A stretch of 44,113 nucleotides of DNA from a virus. Taxonomy: Duplodnaviria; Heunggongvirae; Uroviricota; Caudoviricetes. Positions 19,982-31,652 of this stretch are shown one piece after another. The translations under genes and the position numbers were made by a program. The stretch's first letter is position 1, and every line of letters starts with the position of its first letter. The DNA is taken from the IMG/VR virus record IMGVR_UViG_2630968800_000004. The stretch is one strand, 5' to 3'. The notes under the pieces were generated by a model. It was not told where the DNA came from. It did no database searches and was given only the letters and a program-made list of their open reading frames with translations.

Positions 19982-21271
19982 ATGTCTGTAGTGATATCAG
20001 GTGCGCTGACTGATGGCGCAGGTATCCCCATGTCCGGATACCATATTATTCTGAAATCCCGGGTAAACCCCCCGGAAGTGGTGATGAACACTGTTGCTGA
20101 TGTGATGACAGGAAACGATGGTGAATACTGTTTCCATGCGCGGACTGGAAAATATGGTGTGTATCTGAAACAGGACTGGCGCAACGAGTACAACGTTGGC
20201 GACATTGCTGTATATGAGGACTCAAAGCCCGGCACGCTGAATGACTTTCTGATTGCTCCTGATGAGGGCGACCTGAAACCGGATGTCGTCAAACGCTTTG
20301 AGGAAATGGTGGCGCAGGCGCAGCAGAGCGCCGGGGCCGCAGCCGGAAACGCACAGCAGACGGCGCAGGATGTGGCGGCAGCCGCAGGTTATGCCCGCGC
20401 AGCAGAGCAGGCCAAAAATGACATTGATGCTGCGCTGACCGGCACTCTGAAAACGGCTAACCATCTGTCTGAAATCGCAGCAGCAGGCGAAAAGGCACAA
20501 CAGAAGTCCCGGGATAATCTGGGGCTGAAAAGTGCGGCCACGATGGAAGCACAGAGCGACATTTACGACCGGACAAAAGGCCGTCTGGCGATACCCGGCG
20601 CATTCGGCTTTGGGTGTGCTTTTCTGCCTGAAGATGTTATCCGTTTTGACACTAAGAGTGATTTCCTGGCCTGGGTAAGGAATGCGCTGCCAGGTGAATA
20701 TTCCGTTGCTGGCCCCTACGGCATCATCATACCCGACACACGGTTTGAAGGGGTGCTCAGCATCCGGTGGACTGATGCACGCCCTGAGACAACAGAACCG
20801 CGGTACAGAGCCAAATCCCTTACTTTTTACGGCATTAACGGCCCCATTTATCACACCCGCTACTGCTACTGGCCCATATCCAGACTGACTGGCTGGGTGA
20901 AAATAAATATAACCACAGAAGATATTATTTACAGAATCGTGGCGAGCTCTGTCCGCAACAGATGGGGAGACCCTGACATTGGCGGGCTGATTATTGCTGC
21001 GTACCAGGGAGAAGCTGACGGTGATAAAGTCATCAGACTTGTCAGGGGGCAGTCATACAGAGGCTCACGACTGGGACCGGTGGGGATTTCAGTGCCCAGT
21101 ACTCCCACCGGAACGTATATAGTATCCCCACAATTTTTCATTACGGGATGTTCAGAGCATTCATTACCGGGGTCATATTGCGCCCTGTCCGGGGTGCCGG
21201 ATGCACATGTCTCTGGCGCAATGCCCGGGCTTTTTATTCGCACATCGAGAGGAATGCACCGTGGAAATTAA
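19982..21271 (+). CDS. Phage tail-fibre protein (429 aa)
   Basis: Ala/Gln-rich central segment, conserved C-terminal region duplicated at 37759-37947, followed by an assembly-like gene. Confidence 0.55.
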   Translation: MSVVISGALTDGAGIPMSGYHIILKSRVNPPEVVMNTVADVMTGNDGEYCFHARTGKYGVYLKQDWRNEYNVGDIAVYEDSKPGTLNDFLIAPDEGDLKPDVVKRFEEMVAQAQQSAGAAAGNAQQTAQDVAAAAGYARAAEQAKNDIDAALTGTLKTANHLSEIAAAGEKAQQKSRDNLGLKSAATMEAQSDIYDRTKGRLAIPGAFGFGCAFLPEDVIRFDTKSDFLAWVRNALPGEYSVAGPYGIIIPDTRFEGVLSIRWTDARPETTEPRYRAKSLTFYGINGPIYHTRYCYWPISRLTGWVKINITTEDIIYRIVASSVRNRWGDPDIGGLIIAAYQGEADGDKVIRLVRGQSYRGSRLGPVGISVPSTPTGTYIVSPQFFITGCSEHSLPGSYCALSGVPDAHVSGAMPGLFIRTSRGMHRGN

Positions 21272-21825
21272 AAAAATCATTAATCCCCGTTATACCGAAA
21301 GTGGCGCAGTAGACTGTGACGTTTTTTTTTGACGACAGGGACCAGGCAGTCCCCTACACAGCCACCGCTGATGATGTCGCACCGACGGGTCAGCAAATCT
21401 GGCAGGAACTGCAAAGTGGCAAATGGGGTGAGATAGCCCCATTCACTGTGACACCAGAAATGCTGGAAGCGGCCAGAGAGGCCAGACGTCAGGAAATTGA
21501 AGCATGGCGCGCAGAACAGGAGGCGAAGCTGTTCACGTTTGAATGGAACGGTCGTATCTGGAATGCTGGTCCCGACTCACTGGGCCGCCTGTCCCCGGTA
21601 GTCATGCTGGCAAAATCTGTCACAGCACAAACACATATGGCGTGGAGCGATGCCGATAATCAGCAGGTGAAACTGTCGATGCCGGAACTGGAAGAACTGG
21701 CGGCAGCAATGGTGCAGGCGCAGGTCGATCGCAACGATGAGATTTATCGCCGTCAGCGGGAGCTGAAGGAAGAGCTGAATAGTCTGAAGGATTTGAATTC
21801 GGTTAGGAATTTTATCGTGGAATAA
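21261..21825 (+). pseudogene. Tail-fibre assembly/chaperone-like gene, copy 1, frameshifted in a T9 homopolymer
   Basis: GTG 21261 frame hits TGA right after T9 (21322-21330); paralog at 37937-38500 has T8 and an uninterrupted frame. Confidence 0.45.
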
Positions 21826-21833
21826 CAGAAGCT

Positions 21834-21903
21834 GCGGCACGTCGTATGCAGGAACGTGCCGCGGTTGGCTGGTAAACTTTCGATAGTGCGAGTATTGAAT
21901 GAT
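21834..21903. repeat. ~70-bp conserved element with hairpin, copy 1 (second copy at 40677-40745)
   Basis: GCGGCACGTCGTATGCAGGAACGTGCCGC... shared between the two tail-fibre module ends. Confidence 0.4.
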
Positions 21904-22025
21904 TTCTAGGCGTTATCGATTTTACGTATTTTTTGCATGATAGAATTCGTACCTCCTCCCAACGACCTTCCATGGCTTTCCGGACTTCTGTAGGCTGGCG
22001 GACGATGCTGTCCTCGGATGTTGTG

Positions 22026-22883
22026 CTAATTGGGTGATAACAGATCCTGTGTATGGGCGTTTCCCTTTGTGCGTGCGTTGATGCTGGTAACGGTAAACGT
22101 CATGATGAACACGACCGCGAATAAGACGACAATCGTCGGAGCTGGTGCGCTGTCGATAAAAAAGGACAGCCAGACACCAGTCATTGACACTATTACCGAT
22201 ATGCCAGTCGCCAGTAGGAGCGCAATATGAAAGCGTTGTGTCAGGAGTACTGCAATGGCGCCAGGCGCAATGAGCAGAGAAATAGAGAGAATGATACCTA
22301 CTGCTTTCAGCGTCGCCACAATGGTCAGGGAAACCATGCACAGCAGCCCATAATGCAGCCATCTCGTATGCAAACCGCTTACCTGCGCCTGTTGATAATC
22401 AAAGCTGAACAGCAAAAAATCCCGCCATTTTACGCTAATAACAAGTGTAACCAGCCCGGCAATAATCACCGTCTGGATTATGTCGCCGATGGTTATCCCG
22501 AGCATGTCGCCGAAAAGAATATGGTCAAGATGTACGTCTGGTTTAATTGCAATATACAAGATCAGACCTGCGGCAAACATGCCAGAAAAAACAATCCCCA
22601 TAACTGTATCTTGCTTGATTCGGCTGTTGTCTTTCAGGTATCCCGTCGCCACCGCGCAGAATACTCCGGCGACGAATGCCCCTGTAGCCAGAGGTAACCC
22701 CAGAATCCAGGTAAGCACGATGCCAGGAAAAACCGCATGACTCATCGCGTCACCCATCAGTGCCCAACCTTTCAGGACCAGAAAGACCGACAGCAGCGCA
22801 CAGGGTATGGAAACTACCAGTGAAATCAGCAGTGCGTGACTCATAAAGGTGAACTGCAGTGGCTCCAGTAATAATGCCATCAT
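22026..22883 (-). CDS. sitD: SitD, iron/manganese ABC transporter permease
   Basis: 285-aa polytopic membrane ORF, last gene of a four-gene ABC operon. Confidence 0.8.
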   Translation of the reverse strand: MMALLLEPLQFTFMSHALLISLVVSIPCALLSVFLVLKGWALMGDAMSHAVFPGIVLTWILGLPLATGAFVAGVFCAVATGYLKDNSRIKQDTVMGIVFSGMFAAGLILYIAIKPDVHLDHILFGDMLGITIGDIIQTVIIAGLVTLVISVKWRDFLLFSFDYQQAQVSGLHTRWLHYGLLCMVSLTIVATLKAVGIILSISLLIAPGAIAVLLTQRFHIALLLATGISVIVSMTGVWLSFFIDSAPAPTIVVLFAVVFIMTFTVTSINARTKGNAHTQDLLSPN

Positions 22884-23737
22884 GAGCGATCCTCCAGCGC
22901 TTTATGCGCACGCCGACGATTTGCCAAAAGTCCATGGGTGGGCGCAAATACAAATGCTAAAAGAAACAGCAGTGTCTGCGCCACCACGATGATTCCACCT
23001 GTCGCGCCGTCCAGAAAGTAACTGACCCACGCGCCGAGGAAACTGGTTACACTGCCAATAGTTACAGCAATTATGAGCAGGCGGGGAAAACGATCGGTTA
23101 ACAACCATGCTGTTGCACCGGGAGTCACCACCAGACAGATCACCAGAAAGGCACCAACCGTTTGCAGCGCCGCAACGGTCGAAACCGACAGCAGGGTGAA
23201 GAAGAGGATTTTTAATCTGCCCGGATGTAATCCAATAGCACGGGCGTGATTCTCGTCGAAAAAGGTCACCATAAGATCTTTCCATTTGAAAAAAAGCACG
23301 ATGATCGAGAGAATGCCAATGATAGTGAGTTGCAGGATATCCGCCGGATCGATTGCCAGAATATTGCCCAGGACGATGGTCTGAATGTTCACGGATGTCG
23401 GGTTCAATGACACCATAAACAGCCCCAGGCCAAAAAAGGACGAGAAGATCAGGCCGATGATGGCATCTTCTTTTAAGCGGGTGCGTTGGTTAAGAAACAG
23501 CATGCTGCCCGCTGCCAGTCCGCCGGAAAAGAAGGCTCCCAGAGAAAACGGAAGCCCCAGCATATATGCCCCCGCAACACCCGGGACAATAGAGTGCGAC
23601 AGCGCATCGCCAATCAGCGACCAGCCTTTTAGCATCAGATAGCATGACAGGAAAGCGCAGAGACCGCCGACCATTGCCGAGACCCACATCGCATTGAGCA
23701 TATATTCATAGCTGAAGGGTTCCAGTAGCACGTTCAT
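22880..23737 (-). CDS. sitC: SitC, iron/manganese ABC transporter permease
   Basis: 285-aa membrane ORF with overlapping start/stop. Confidence 0.8.
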   Translation of the reverse strand: MNVLLEPFSYEYMLNAMWVSAMVGGLCAFLSCYLMLKGWSLIGDALSHSIVPGVAGAYMLGLPFSLGAFFSGGLAAGSMLFLNQRTRLKEDAIIGLIFSSFFGLGLFMVSLNPTSVNIQTIVLGNILAIDPADILQLTIIGILSIIVLFFKWKDLMVTFFDENHARAIGLHPGRLKILFFTLLSVSTVAALQTVGAFLVICLVVTPGATAWLLTDRFPRLLIIAVTIGSVTSFLGAWVSYFLDGATGGIIVVAQTLLFLLAFVFAPTHGLLANRRRAHKALEDRS

Positions 23738-24561
23738 CTTGCTTCCCTCTGCACCGCTGACGGTCGATGTGCCACAAAAGGGCGTTCATCGTCAGTAATA
23801 ATGCTTTCTTCCGAGCCGTTAAGTGTGACATGGCGCAGTACGCCGCTAAAAGCCAGCTCCAGGTTCTCGGCTGTAAAAGTGGTGTCTGTCGGCCCGCTTG
23901 CCAGGACGGTGCCTTTGACCATGACCGTATAATCGCAAAATGTCGTGACTGAGCCGAGATTGTGCGTTGAGACAAGCATCGTTTTGCCTTCCGCGCGTAA
24001 CTCCCTCAACAGGCTGATGATTTTCGCTTCGGTTTTCACATCAACGCCGGTAAAAGGTTCATCCAGCAGGATCACATCACCCTGCTGTGCAATTGCTCTC
24101 GCCAGAAAGACGCGTTTCTTTTGTCCACCGGAAAGCTCGCCGATTTGACGATGGCGAAAATCCACCATATCGACACGTTCCAGCGCATCGGTGACAATCT
24201 GACGATCCCTCTTTTTGGCTATACGCAACATACCCATATGCCCATAGCGGCCCATCATCACCACATCTTCCACCAGTACAGGAAATGACCAGTCAACCTC
24301 TTCTGACTGAGGGACGTAGGCAACCAGGTTTTTCTGTAGCGCCTGTCGCGTGGGAATACCCAGAACAGATATCTTTCCGCTGGTCAGACGCACAAATCCC
24401 ATAATCGCTTTAAACAACGTCGATTTTCCGGAACCGTTTACCCCAACCAGAGCGGCAATAGATCCACTTGGTACTGTGAAGGATGCATCGCGCAGTGCTG
24501 TGTGCCCGTTACGCCAGGTGACAGTAACATCATTAACGACAATGCCTGCAGATTGCATCAT
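23734..24561 (-). CDS. sitB: SitB, ABC transporter ATP-binding protein
   Basis: Walker [13 protein letters not shown] signature LSGGQKKR, Walker B ILLDEP. Confidence 0.85.
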   Translation of the reverse strand: MMQSAGIVVNDVTVTWRNGHTALRDASFTVPSGSIAALVGVNGSGKSTLFKAIMGFVRLTSGKISVLGIPTRQALQKNLVAYVPQSEEVDWSFPVLVEDVVMMGRYGHMGMLRIAKKRDRQIVTDALERVDMVDFRHRQIGELSGGQKKRVFLARAIAQQGDVILLDEPFTGVDVKTEAKIISLLRELRAEGKTMLVSTHNLGSVTTFCDYTVMVKGTVLASGPTDTTFTAENLELAFSGVLRHVTLNGSEESIITDDERPFVAHRPSAVQREAR

Positions 24562-25475
24562 TATTTCTCCCTTTTCCCGGCTTTAATTCCCTGTACCAGC
24601 GTACTGGTAGTAACCTTAAGAAGGTCGATATACGTAGGTACCGGGCCGTTTTCTGTGCTCAGGGAATCGACATAGAGCACACCGCCGTAGTGTGCGCCGG
24701 TTTCACGCGCAACCTGACGCGCTGGTTTATCGGAAATCGTACTCTCGCTAAAGACTGCCGGGATATGATTTTTCTTAACTATATCAACAACCTTACGTAC
24801 CTGCTGCGGTGTTCCTTGTTGATCGGCATTAATCGGCCACAGATAAAGCTCTTTTAGCCCCAAATCGCGTGCGAGATAAGAAAAAGCCCCTTCACTGGTG
24901 ACCATCCATCGCTGATTCTCAGGGAGTTCCGTAATCTGCTTACGCAGGGGGGCAAGGGTTTGGGTAATCTTGGCTTTATAAGTATCGGCATTACGTTGGT
25001 AGGTTTGTGCATTTGCCGGATCGTATTTTATCAACGCATCACGAATATTATCGACGTAAATCAGAGCATTATCTGGCGACATCCATGCATGGGGATTAGG
25101 TTTGCCCTCATAGGGTCCTTCGGTGATCCCTACTGGCGTCACACCCGAAGAGACAATTACTTCTGGAACCCCATTGAGATGCTGGTAAAAGCGTTGGAAC
25201 CACAATTCCAGATTCATACCATTGGCGAGAATCAGTTGTGCCCCCTGCGCACGTTTAATATCGCCAGGGGTAGGCTGATACTCATGAATTTCTGCACCAG
25301 GCTTGGTTATGGATGAGACTTCTGCAGCATCTCCAGCCACGTTTTTGGCCATATCCGCGATGATGGTAAATGTTGTAATGACCTTGAATTTTTCAGTTGC
25401 ACTTGCCTGAAATGCGATCGAGCAGGTGAGGGCGAGGCACCCCAAGAGCATGGTTACTTTTTTTATTGAGTGCAT
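24561..25475 (-). CDS. sitA: SitA, periplasmic metal-binding protein
   Basis: Signal peptide plus TroA/ZnuA-like solute-binding ORF (304 aa). Confidence 0.8.
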   Translation of the reverse strand: MHSIKKVTMLLGCLALTCSIAFQASATEKFKVITTFTIIADMAKNVAGDAAEVSSITKPGAEIHEYQPTPGDIKRAQGAQLILANGMNLELWFQRFYQHLNGVPEVIVSSGVTPVGITEGPYEGKPNPHAWMSPDNALIYVDNIRDALIKYDPANAQTYQRNADTYKAKITQTLAPLRKQITELPENQRWMVTSEGAFSYLARDLGLKELYLWPINADQQGTPQQVRKVVDIVKKNHIPAVFSESTISDKPARQVARETGAHYGGVLYVDSLSTENGPVPTYIDLLKVTTSTLVQGIKAGKREK

Positions 25476-25507
25476 AATTTAGTACCTATAGTGAGCAAAA
25501 TTAGAAC

Positions 25508-25529
25508 AAACATAGCAACGGCTATGTTT
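25508..25529 (-). promoter_or_regulatory. MntR operator-like palindrome (AAACATAGCaacgGCTATGTTT) in the sitA promoter region
   Basis: Perfect inverted repeat 33-54 bp upstream of the sitA start. Confidence 0.55.
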
Positions 25530-25542
25530 TATAGCATAACCT

Positions 25543-25560
25543 ATACAAAATGAAAATAAT
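25543..25560 (-). promoter_or_regulatory. Fur-box-like sequence (AAAATAATTATCATTAAC)
   Basis: Matches the GATAATGATAATCATTATC-type consensus at most positions. Confidence 0.5.
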
Positions 25561-25906
25561 TATCATTAACAGCTTTGAGGCCTAAAACAGGGATTAGGTT
25601 GTTTCCTGCTGGCGACATGATATTGAGGAAAAAAGTAGAGCAGCTATTAGGCTTTGAAATGACTTTATGAGGAAAATTGTTGATGGCAAAAATGGGGCAA
25701 AAAAGAGTGGGTTATCGTAGCTTATTGTTGTCGCTGATAATGTTTAACATATTGAAAAATAAATAAAATACTTATGAGTCAGATAGTTGTGATTTTTGCC
25801 CTTACTTGTTCAGGTTGTATTGTTCTTTCTTTGTAATTTGTTGATTTTCTTGCATTATTTCAGTTCTCTGGTACTAAATGGGGCAAATTGGGGGCAAACT
25901 TTGCAA

Positions 25907-26546
25907 CTACGATAACCGCGCATTCAACATGGCTATCTGTTCGTCGTTCATGTCATCAATCCACATACCGTAAATTTCATACACCATTTGCGCAGTTTCA
26001 TGCCCCATCTGGCTGGCTATAAATGCCGGGTTCGCTCCTGCCGTCAACAGCCAGCAGGCAAAAGTATGTCGCGTATGGTACGGATTACGGCGGCGAATAC
26101 CAGCACGTTTTACTGCTGCATTCCATCTTGTACCCAAACTGCTTACCGAGTAATAAGGTTTCTGTTTTTCGTTACACACCCTGGGCATGAAAACAAAATG
26201 CAGTTTTTGTTTTTCAGTTCTGCCGTACTCCCGATGATAAAAAGTGATTTCGCTTTTGCGATGATGCCCGGTCAGTTTGTATTGCTCCTTCAGTGCTTCA
26301 AGAGCCGGCTGCAGTAATGTTACCGTCCGGATCCCGGCATTTGTTTTTGGGGGACCGAACATATCAAGTATCGTCAGGTTTCTTCTGACATTCACAATTC
26401 CCTTCTCGAAATCCACATCCTCCCACGCCAGAGCTGCCAGTTCCCCGTGACGAAGCCCGGAGTAAACGGCAAATTTCCACAAGTTTTGGCTCTGTCCTTT
26501 TTCACTTTCCATTAATGCATTGAATTCTGTTTTAGATAACGGGTCA
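25907..26546 (-). pseudogene. Tyrosine integrase, C-terminal catalytic portion (N-terminal part removed at IS1)
   Basis: ...NPYHTRHTFACWLLTAGANPAFIASQMGHETAQMVYEIY catalytic motifs. Confidence 0.7.
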
Positions 26547-26601
26547 GGTAATGCTGCCAACTTACTGATTTAGTGTATGATGGTGATTTTAAGGTGCTTG
26601 C

Positions 26602-26877
26602 GTGGCTTCCATTTCCATCAGATGTCCTTCCTGCTCCGCTACTGAAGGCGTGGTGCGTAACGGCAAAAGCACTGCCGGACATCAGCGCTATCTCTGCTCT
26701 CATTGCCGTAAAACATGGCAACTACAGTTCACTTACACCGCCTCTCAGCCCGGTACGCACCAGAAAATCATTGATATGGCCATGAATGGCGTCGGATGTC
26801 GCGCCAGTGCACGCATTATGGGCGTTGGCCTCAACACGGTTTTACGTCACTTAAAAAACTCAGGCCGCAGTCGGTAA
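26602..26877 (+). CDS. insA: IS1 InsA
   Basis: 91-aa ORF. Confidence 0.85.
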   Translation: MASISIRCPSCSATEGVVRNGKSTAGHQRYLCSHCRKTWQLQFTYTASQPGTHQKIIDMAMNGVGCRASARIMGVGLNTVLRHLKNSGRSR

Positions 26878-27299
26878 CCTCGCGCATACAACCGGGCAGT
26901 GATGTGATTGTCTGCGCTGAAATGGACGAACATTGGGGCTACGTCGGTGCTAAATCACGTCAGCGCTGGCTGTTTTACGCGTATGACAGGATACGGAGGA
27001 CGGTTGTGGCGCACGTCTTCGGTGAACGCACTCTGGCCACACTGGAGCGTCTTCTGAGCCTGCTGTCGGCCTTTGAGGTCGTGGTATGGATGACGGATGG
27101 CTGTCCGCTGTATGAATCACGCCTGAAGGGAAAGCTGCACGTTATCAGCAAGCGTTACACTCAGCGCATTGAGCGACATAATCTGAATCTGAGACAACAT
27201 CTGGCAAGGCTGGTACGGAAGTCACTGTCGTTCTCAAAATCGGTGGAGCTGCATGACAAGGTCATCGGGCATTATCTGAACATAAAACACTATCAGTAA
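26796..27299 (+). CDS. insB: IS1 InsB frame
   Basis: 167-aa ORF. Confidence 0.8.
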   Translation: MSRQCTHYGRWPQHGFTSLKKLRPQSVTSRIQPGSDVIVCAEMDEHWGYVGAKSRQRWLFYAYDRIRRTVVAHVFGERTLATLERLLSLLSAFEVVVWMTDGCPLYESRLKGKLHVISKRYTQRIERHNLNLRQHLARLVRKSLSFSKSVELHDKVIGHYLNIKHYQ

Positions 27300-27314
27300 G
27301 TTGGAGTCATTACC

Positions 27315-27486
27315 CACCGGAACTGATTTGATGAACTATCAACGCTCTTAAATTCCCGGCCTTTTTAATGTTACTGTTAGTAATCTCCCAGCCTTTCAAT
27401 GTTTCCCGACATCGTTTTCCTCGAAACATGAACCAGATGCGAATGTATTTACCTCGAATCTCGACACCTGTTGGTAATTTAGACAT
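27315..27486 (-). pseudogene. Integrase N-terminal fragment (arm-binding region)
   Basis: Minus-strand translation MSKLPTGVEIRGKYIRIWFMFRGKRCRETLKGW... ends at the IS1 boundary. Confidence 0.5.
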
Positions 27487-27702
27487 ATCATGAGTCTTTG
27501 ATAAACTGATTTATCTTCGGATAGTTGTACCAGATAATCCCTCGCTTACTGTCTGGCTTCCCTAAAGGAGATACTCGTTTGAAGTGGAAGCCTTCCACCC
27601 AACAGTTCTGGCGGTATGCTTCAATTTGTCTGGCACCCAGACCAGTGCGAAGCATCAGGCTGAACCGCCCCGGGTTTCCTGGAGAGTGTTTTATCTGTGA
27701 AC

Positions 27703-28585
<883 letters not shown>

Positions 28586-28589
<4 letters not shown>

Positions 28590-28912
28590 TTTTTCCAGAG
28601 GCGGTCGAACTCCGCCTTCGCAAAATAAGCGGAAGCCTGGCGAAGGATATCGTTACTGCGGCGCAGTTCACGATTTTCACGCTCCAGCTCTTTCAGACGC
28701 TGACGTTCAGCGGTGGTGAGCCCTCCATCACCGCCCCCGGTATCCCGCTCATGCTGGCGAACCCAGACACGCAGAGTCTCCGGCGTACAGCCAATCTTTG
28801 GGGCAATGGAACAAATTGTCGCCCATTGTGAGTCATATTCGCCCTGACTTTCCAGAACCATACGGACTGCCCGTTGACGGACTTCGGGGGAAAAACGAGT
28901 ATTTTTAGTCAT
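28586..28912 (-). CDS. IS629 OrfA
   Basis: [41 protein letters not shown]... Confidence 0.85.
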
Positions 28913-28986
28913 CCTGTTTACCTCTTTCTCAGGAAGTTTAGTCTCCAGGATTCCCGGGGCGGTTCATTCCCAAAATGCACTTGGTT

Positions 28987-30084
28987 TTACACCGGAATAT
29001 TCTCATCGTATCCTGCTTGTTGCGTTTCGTTTTGTGTTTGTGGATCCGGGAATGCATATTCAACGCCTTCCAGTTCAATCCATAGTGCATTACGACCAGC
29101 TTTGATTGTCGGCCAGTCCATACCTTTGATTCTTTCCCATGAGCGGGAGGTGAATGTTTTTTCCAGCAAATCAGCTTTTGCGCGTTTGGCGTCGTTACTG
29201 GTGCCCCCATGGTGCTTGTTGAGCAACTCGATAATTTCATCAAGTGCGATTTCTTTTGCACGCTTTTCTTTTAGCCATGTCGGTGTACCGTCGTTGGCAA
29301 ATAATTCACTGTTATCCCGTGAGGTATCGATGCCGGGGTGTTCACCTCCCAGGTTAAGAGACTCGATATGAGGAAGAAAGTTTTTAAATGTTGGGTTTGA
29401 AAATACCTGTCCATCAATACGGGTGGAGCGATCTTTTAGTATTCTGGCGGTGCGCCACACCTGACCGGTTTCTATGTTCATTTGCTTCTCCATCTGGATC
29501 CGGATGGAGGGTTCATAACCGGTTTCTGTTTCTGCTTTCATTTTTATACCGGTTTTTGCCAACTGGCGTTTGCCATCATCACCTTCGAAAAAGTCATACT
29601 CATATCCTGCACGCCCGCACATAATAATGTGCGCCTGACTGTTAACAAATCGATCGGTAAAGCGTCGCCACTCCTGTTTGAGCCACGCCCAGTCTGAAAA
29701 TTCCAGTCCTCGTTTACGGTTTCGGCGTCTGGCATACTCGTCGCATAATCCGGTCCAGAAGTGACTGATGGAGTCGATGATCATTACGGAACCGCTGCTT
29801 TCCGCTTCATTAATGGCTTCAAGCAGATCAACAAACGAGCGGGTTTTTGCCGTAAATAATTCGATATTTTCCGCATCAAAGCGGGGTTTAACCCAGTCAG
29901 AGCCTGTTTCTGTGTCCAGAAACATTACCGGGCGGTTACCAGCTTCAATTCCCCGTTGCCGCATAAGCATTACCAGACCAATAGCCAGTTCGCTTGCTGT
30001 GTAGGTTTTGCCGTCGCCAGCAAACCCCATAATTCCTGCTTTTAGATAGGCCTGTGTGTTTATTGCTCGTTGAAAAAGCGCCAT
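28987..30084 (-). CDS. P-loop NTPase (RecA-fold/AAA-like), phage-associated, function unknown
   Basis: Walker A GFAGDGKTYTA, Walker-B-like VMIIDSISHFW; 365 aa. Confidence 0.55.
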   Translation of the reverse strand: MALFQRAINTQAYLKAGIMGFAGDGKTYTASELAIGLVMLMRQRGIEAGNRPVMFLDTETGSDWVKPRFDAENIELFTAKTRSFVDLLEAINEAESSGSVMIIDSISHFWTGLCDEYARRRNRKRGLEFSDWAWLKQEWRRFTDRFVNSQAHIIMCGRAGYEYDFFEGDDGKRQLAKTGIKMKAETETGYEPSIRIQMEKQMNIETGQVWRTARILKDRSTRIDGQVFSNPTFKNFLPHIESLNLGGEHPGIDTSRDNSELFANDGTPTWLKEKRAKEIALDEIIELLNKHHGGTSNDAKRAKADLLEKTFTSRSWERIKGMDWPTIKAGRNALWIELEGVEYAFPDPQTQNETQQAGYDENIPV

Positions 30085-30089
30085 AGATT

Positions 30090-30384
30090 TTAGTCCTCCA
30101 AATCAATATCAACCTGGTGGTGGGCAATGGTTTCAGCCATGTACCGGATGTGTTCTGCCATGCGCTCCTGAAACTCAACATCATCATCAAATGCGTGGCT
30201 GATTGCCTGTTTATTGGCACCGTGGCGTTGCAAATGGTCGATGCAGAGCGATTCAAACAGGTGCTGAGGCAGACCTTTTTCCAGGTCGTCCGCCAGTTCC
30301 GTTTCTTTTTCTTCACGAACGATCTGCTGGTAGTGACGAGCCCATGCCATTTCTTCAATACGATCAAAAATCGGATAAGCGCTC
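30090..30384 (-). pseudogene. Hypothetical gene, 5' end removed at IS600 junction
   Basis: ORF reads through into the IS600 terminus (first residues encoded by IS sequence). Confidence 0.4.
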
Positions 30385-30448
30385 TGAGGTAGCCTGAGTT
30401 TAACGGACACTCCTTCCTGAAATAGAATGGCATCAGAAGGAGCTAATA

Positions 30449-30751
30449 ATGAGCAGAAAAACCCAACGTTACTCTAAATAGTTCAAAGCCGAAGCTGTCA
30501 GAACGGTTCTTGAAAATCAACTTTCGATCAGTGAAGGCGCTTCCCGATTATCTCTTCCTGAAGGCACTTTAGGACAATGGGTTACCGCCGCCAGAAAAGG
30601 GCTCGGTACTCCTGGTTCCCGCACGGTGGCTGAACTGGAATCTGAAATTCTGCAACTGCGTAAGGCGTTAAATGAAGCTCGCCTTGAGCGCGATATATTA
30701 AAAAAAGCAACAGCGTATTTTGCACAGGAGTCGCTGAAAAATACGCGTTAA
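30449..30751 (+). pseudogene. IS600 orfA with nonsense mutation (codon 10 GAG to TAG)
   Basis: ACTCTAAATAGTTC versus ACTCTAAAGAGTTC in the other copies. Confidence 0.8.
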
Positions 30752-30786
30752 TCGAACAATGGCGACAACAATTTCCCATTGAAGCG

Positions 30787-31605
30787 ATGTGTCAGGTATT
30801 TGGTGTATCCAGGAGCGGTTATTACAACTGGGTACAGCATGAACCCTCAGACAGAAAACAAAGTGATGAGCGGCTAAAACTGGAGATTAAGGTGGCACAT
30901 ATCCGCACTCGCGAAACATATGGAACCCGGCGGCTCCAGACGGAGCTGGCAGAGAATGGCATCATCGTTGGTCGTGACCGACTGGCACGTCTTCGTAAGG
31001 AGCTGAGGCTACGCTGTAAGCAGAAACGCAAGTTCAGAGCGACTACGAACCCGAACCACAATCTGCCAGTTGCGCCAAATCTGCTGAACCAGACGTTCGC
31101 TCCTACAGCACCAAATCAGGTCTGGGTGGCGGACCTGACGTATGTTGCCACACAGGAGGGATGGTTGTACCTCGCTGGCATCAAAGATGTTTATACGTGC
31201 GAAATTGTCGGCTACGCCATGGGAGAGCGCATGACAAAAGAGCTGACAGGTAAAGCCCTGTTTATGGCGCTCAGGAGCCAGCGCCCACCTGCCGGGCTAA
31301 TCCACTACTCTGATCGAGGTTCACAGTACTGCGCATACGATTACCGGGTCATACAGGAGCAGTCTGGTCTGAAAACATCAATGTCGCGTAAAGGTAACTG
31401 TTACGACAACGCTCCGATGGAAAGCTTCTGGGGAACGCTGAAAAATGAGAGCCTGAGCCACTATCGTTTTAATAACCGGGATGAAGCCATCTCAGTAATA
31501 CGGGAATACATTGAGATTTTCTACAATCGTCAGCGTCGTCACTCTCGTCTGGGGAATATCTCCCCGGCAGCCTTCAGGGAAAAATATCATCAGATGGCTG
31601 CTTAA
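30787..31605 (+). CDS. IS600 OrfB
   Basis: 272-aa ORF. Confidence 0.8.
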   Translation: MCQVFGVSRSGYYNWVQHEPSDRKQSDERLKLEIKVAHIRTRETYGTRRLQTELAENGIIVGRDRLARLRKELRLRCKQKRKFRATTNPNHNLPVAPNLLNQTFAPTAPNQVWVADLTYVATQEGWLYLAGIKDVYTCEIVGYAMGERMTKELTGKALFMALRSQRPPAGLIHYSDRGSQYCAYDYRVIQEQSGLKTSMSRKGNCYDNAPMESFWGTLKNESLSHYRFNNRDEAISVIREYIEIFYNRQRRHSRLGNISPAAFREKYHQMAA

Positions 31606-31652
31606 AAAAAGAACAAATGGTAGTGTCCGCTATTGCCAGTACACCTCACAGG

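Larger units (their letters stand above)
26547..27314 (+). mobile_element. IS1 copy 3, 768 bp; no TSD (flanks AACGGGTCA / CACCGGAAC)
   Basis: Full IS1 termini; integrase fragments on both sides. Confidence 0.9.
30385..31648 (+). mobile_element. IS600 copy 3, 1264 bp; no TSD; followed by an inverted 12-bp IS600 terminus remnant (31649-31660)
   Basis: Full termini; flanks CTC / CAG; CAGGCTACCTCA immediately after the right end is the reverse complement of the IS600 left tip. Confidence 0.9.

Noticed and set aside
22030-25316. Plus-strand ORFs within the sit operon
   Set aside because: All are antisense to the sitABCD coding sequences, which have clear ABC-transporter motifs.
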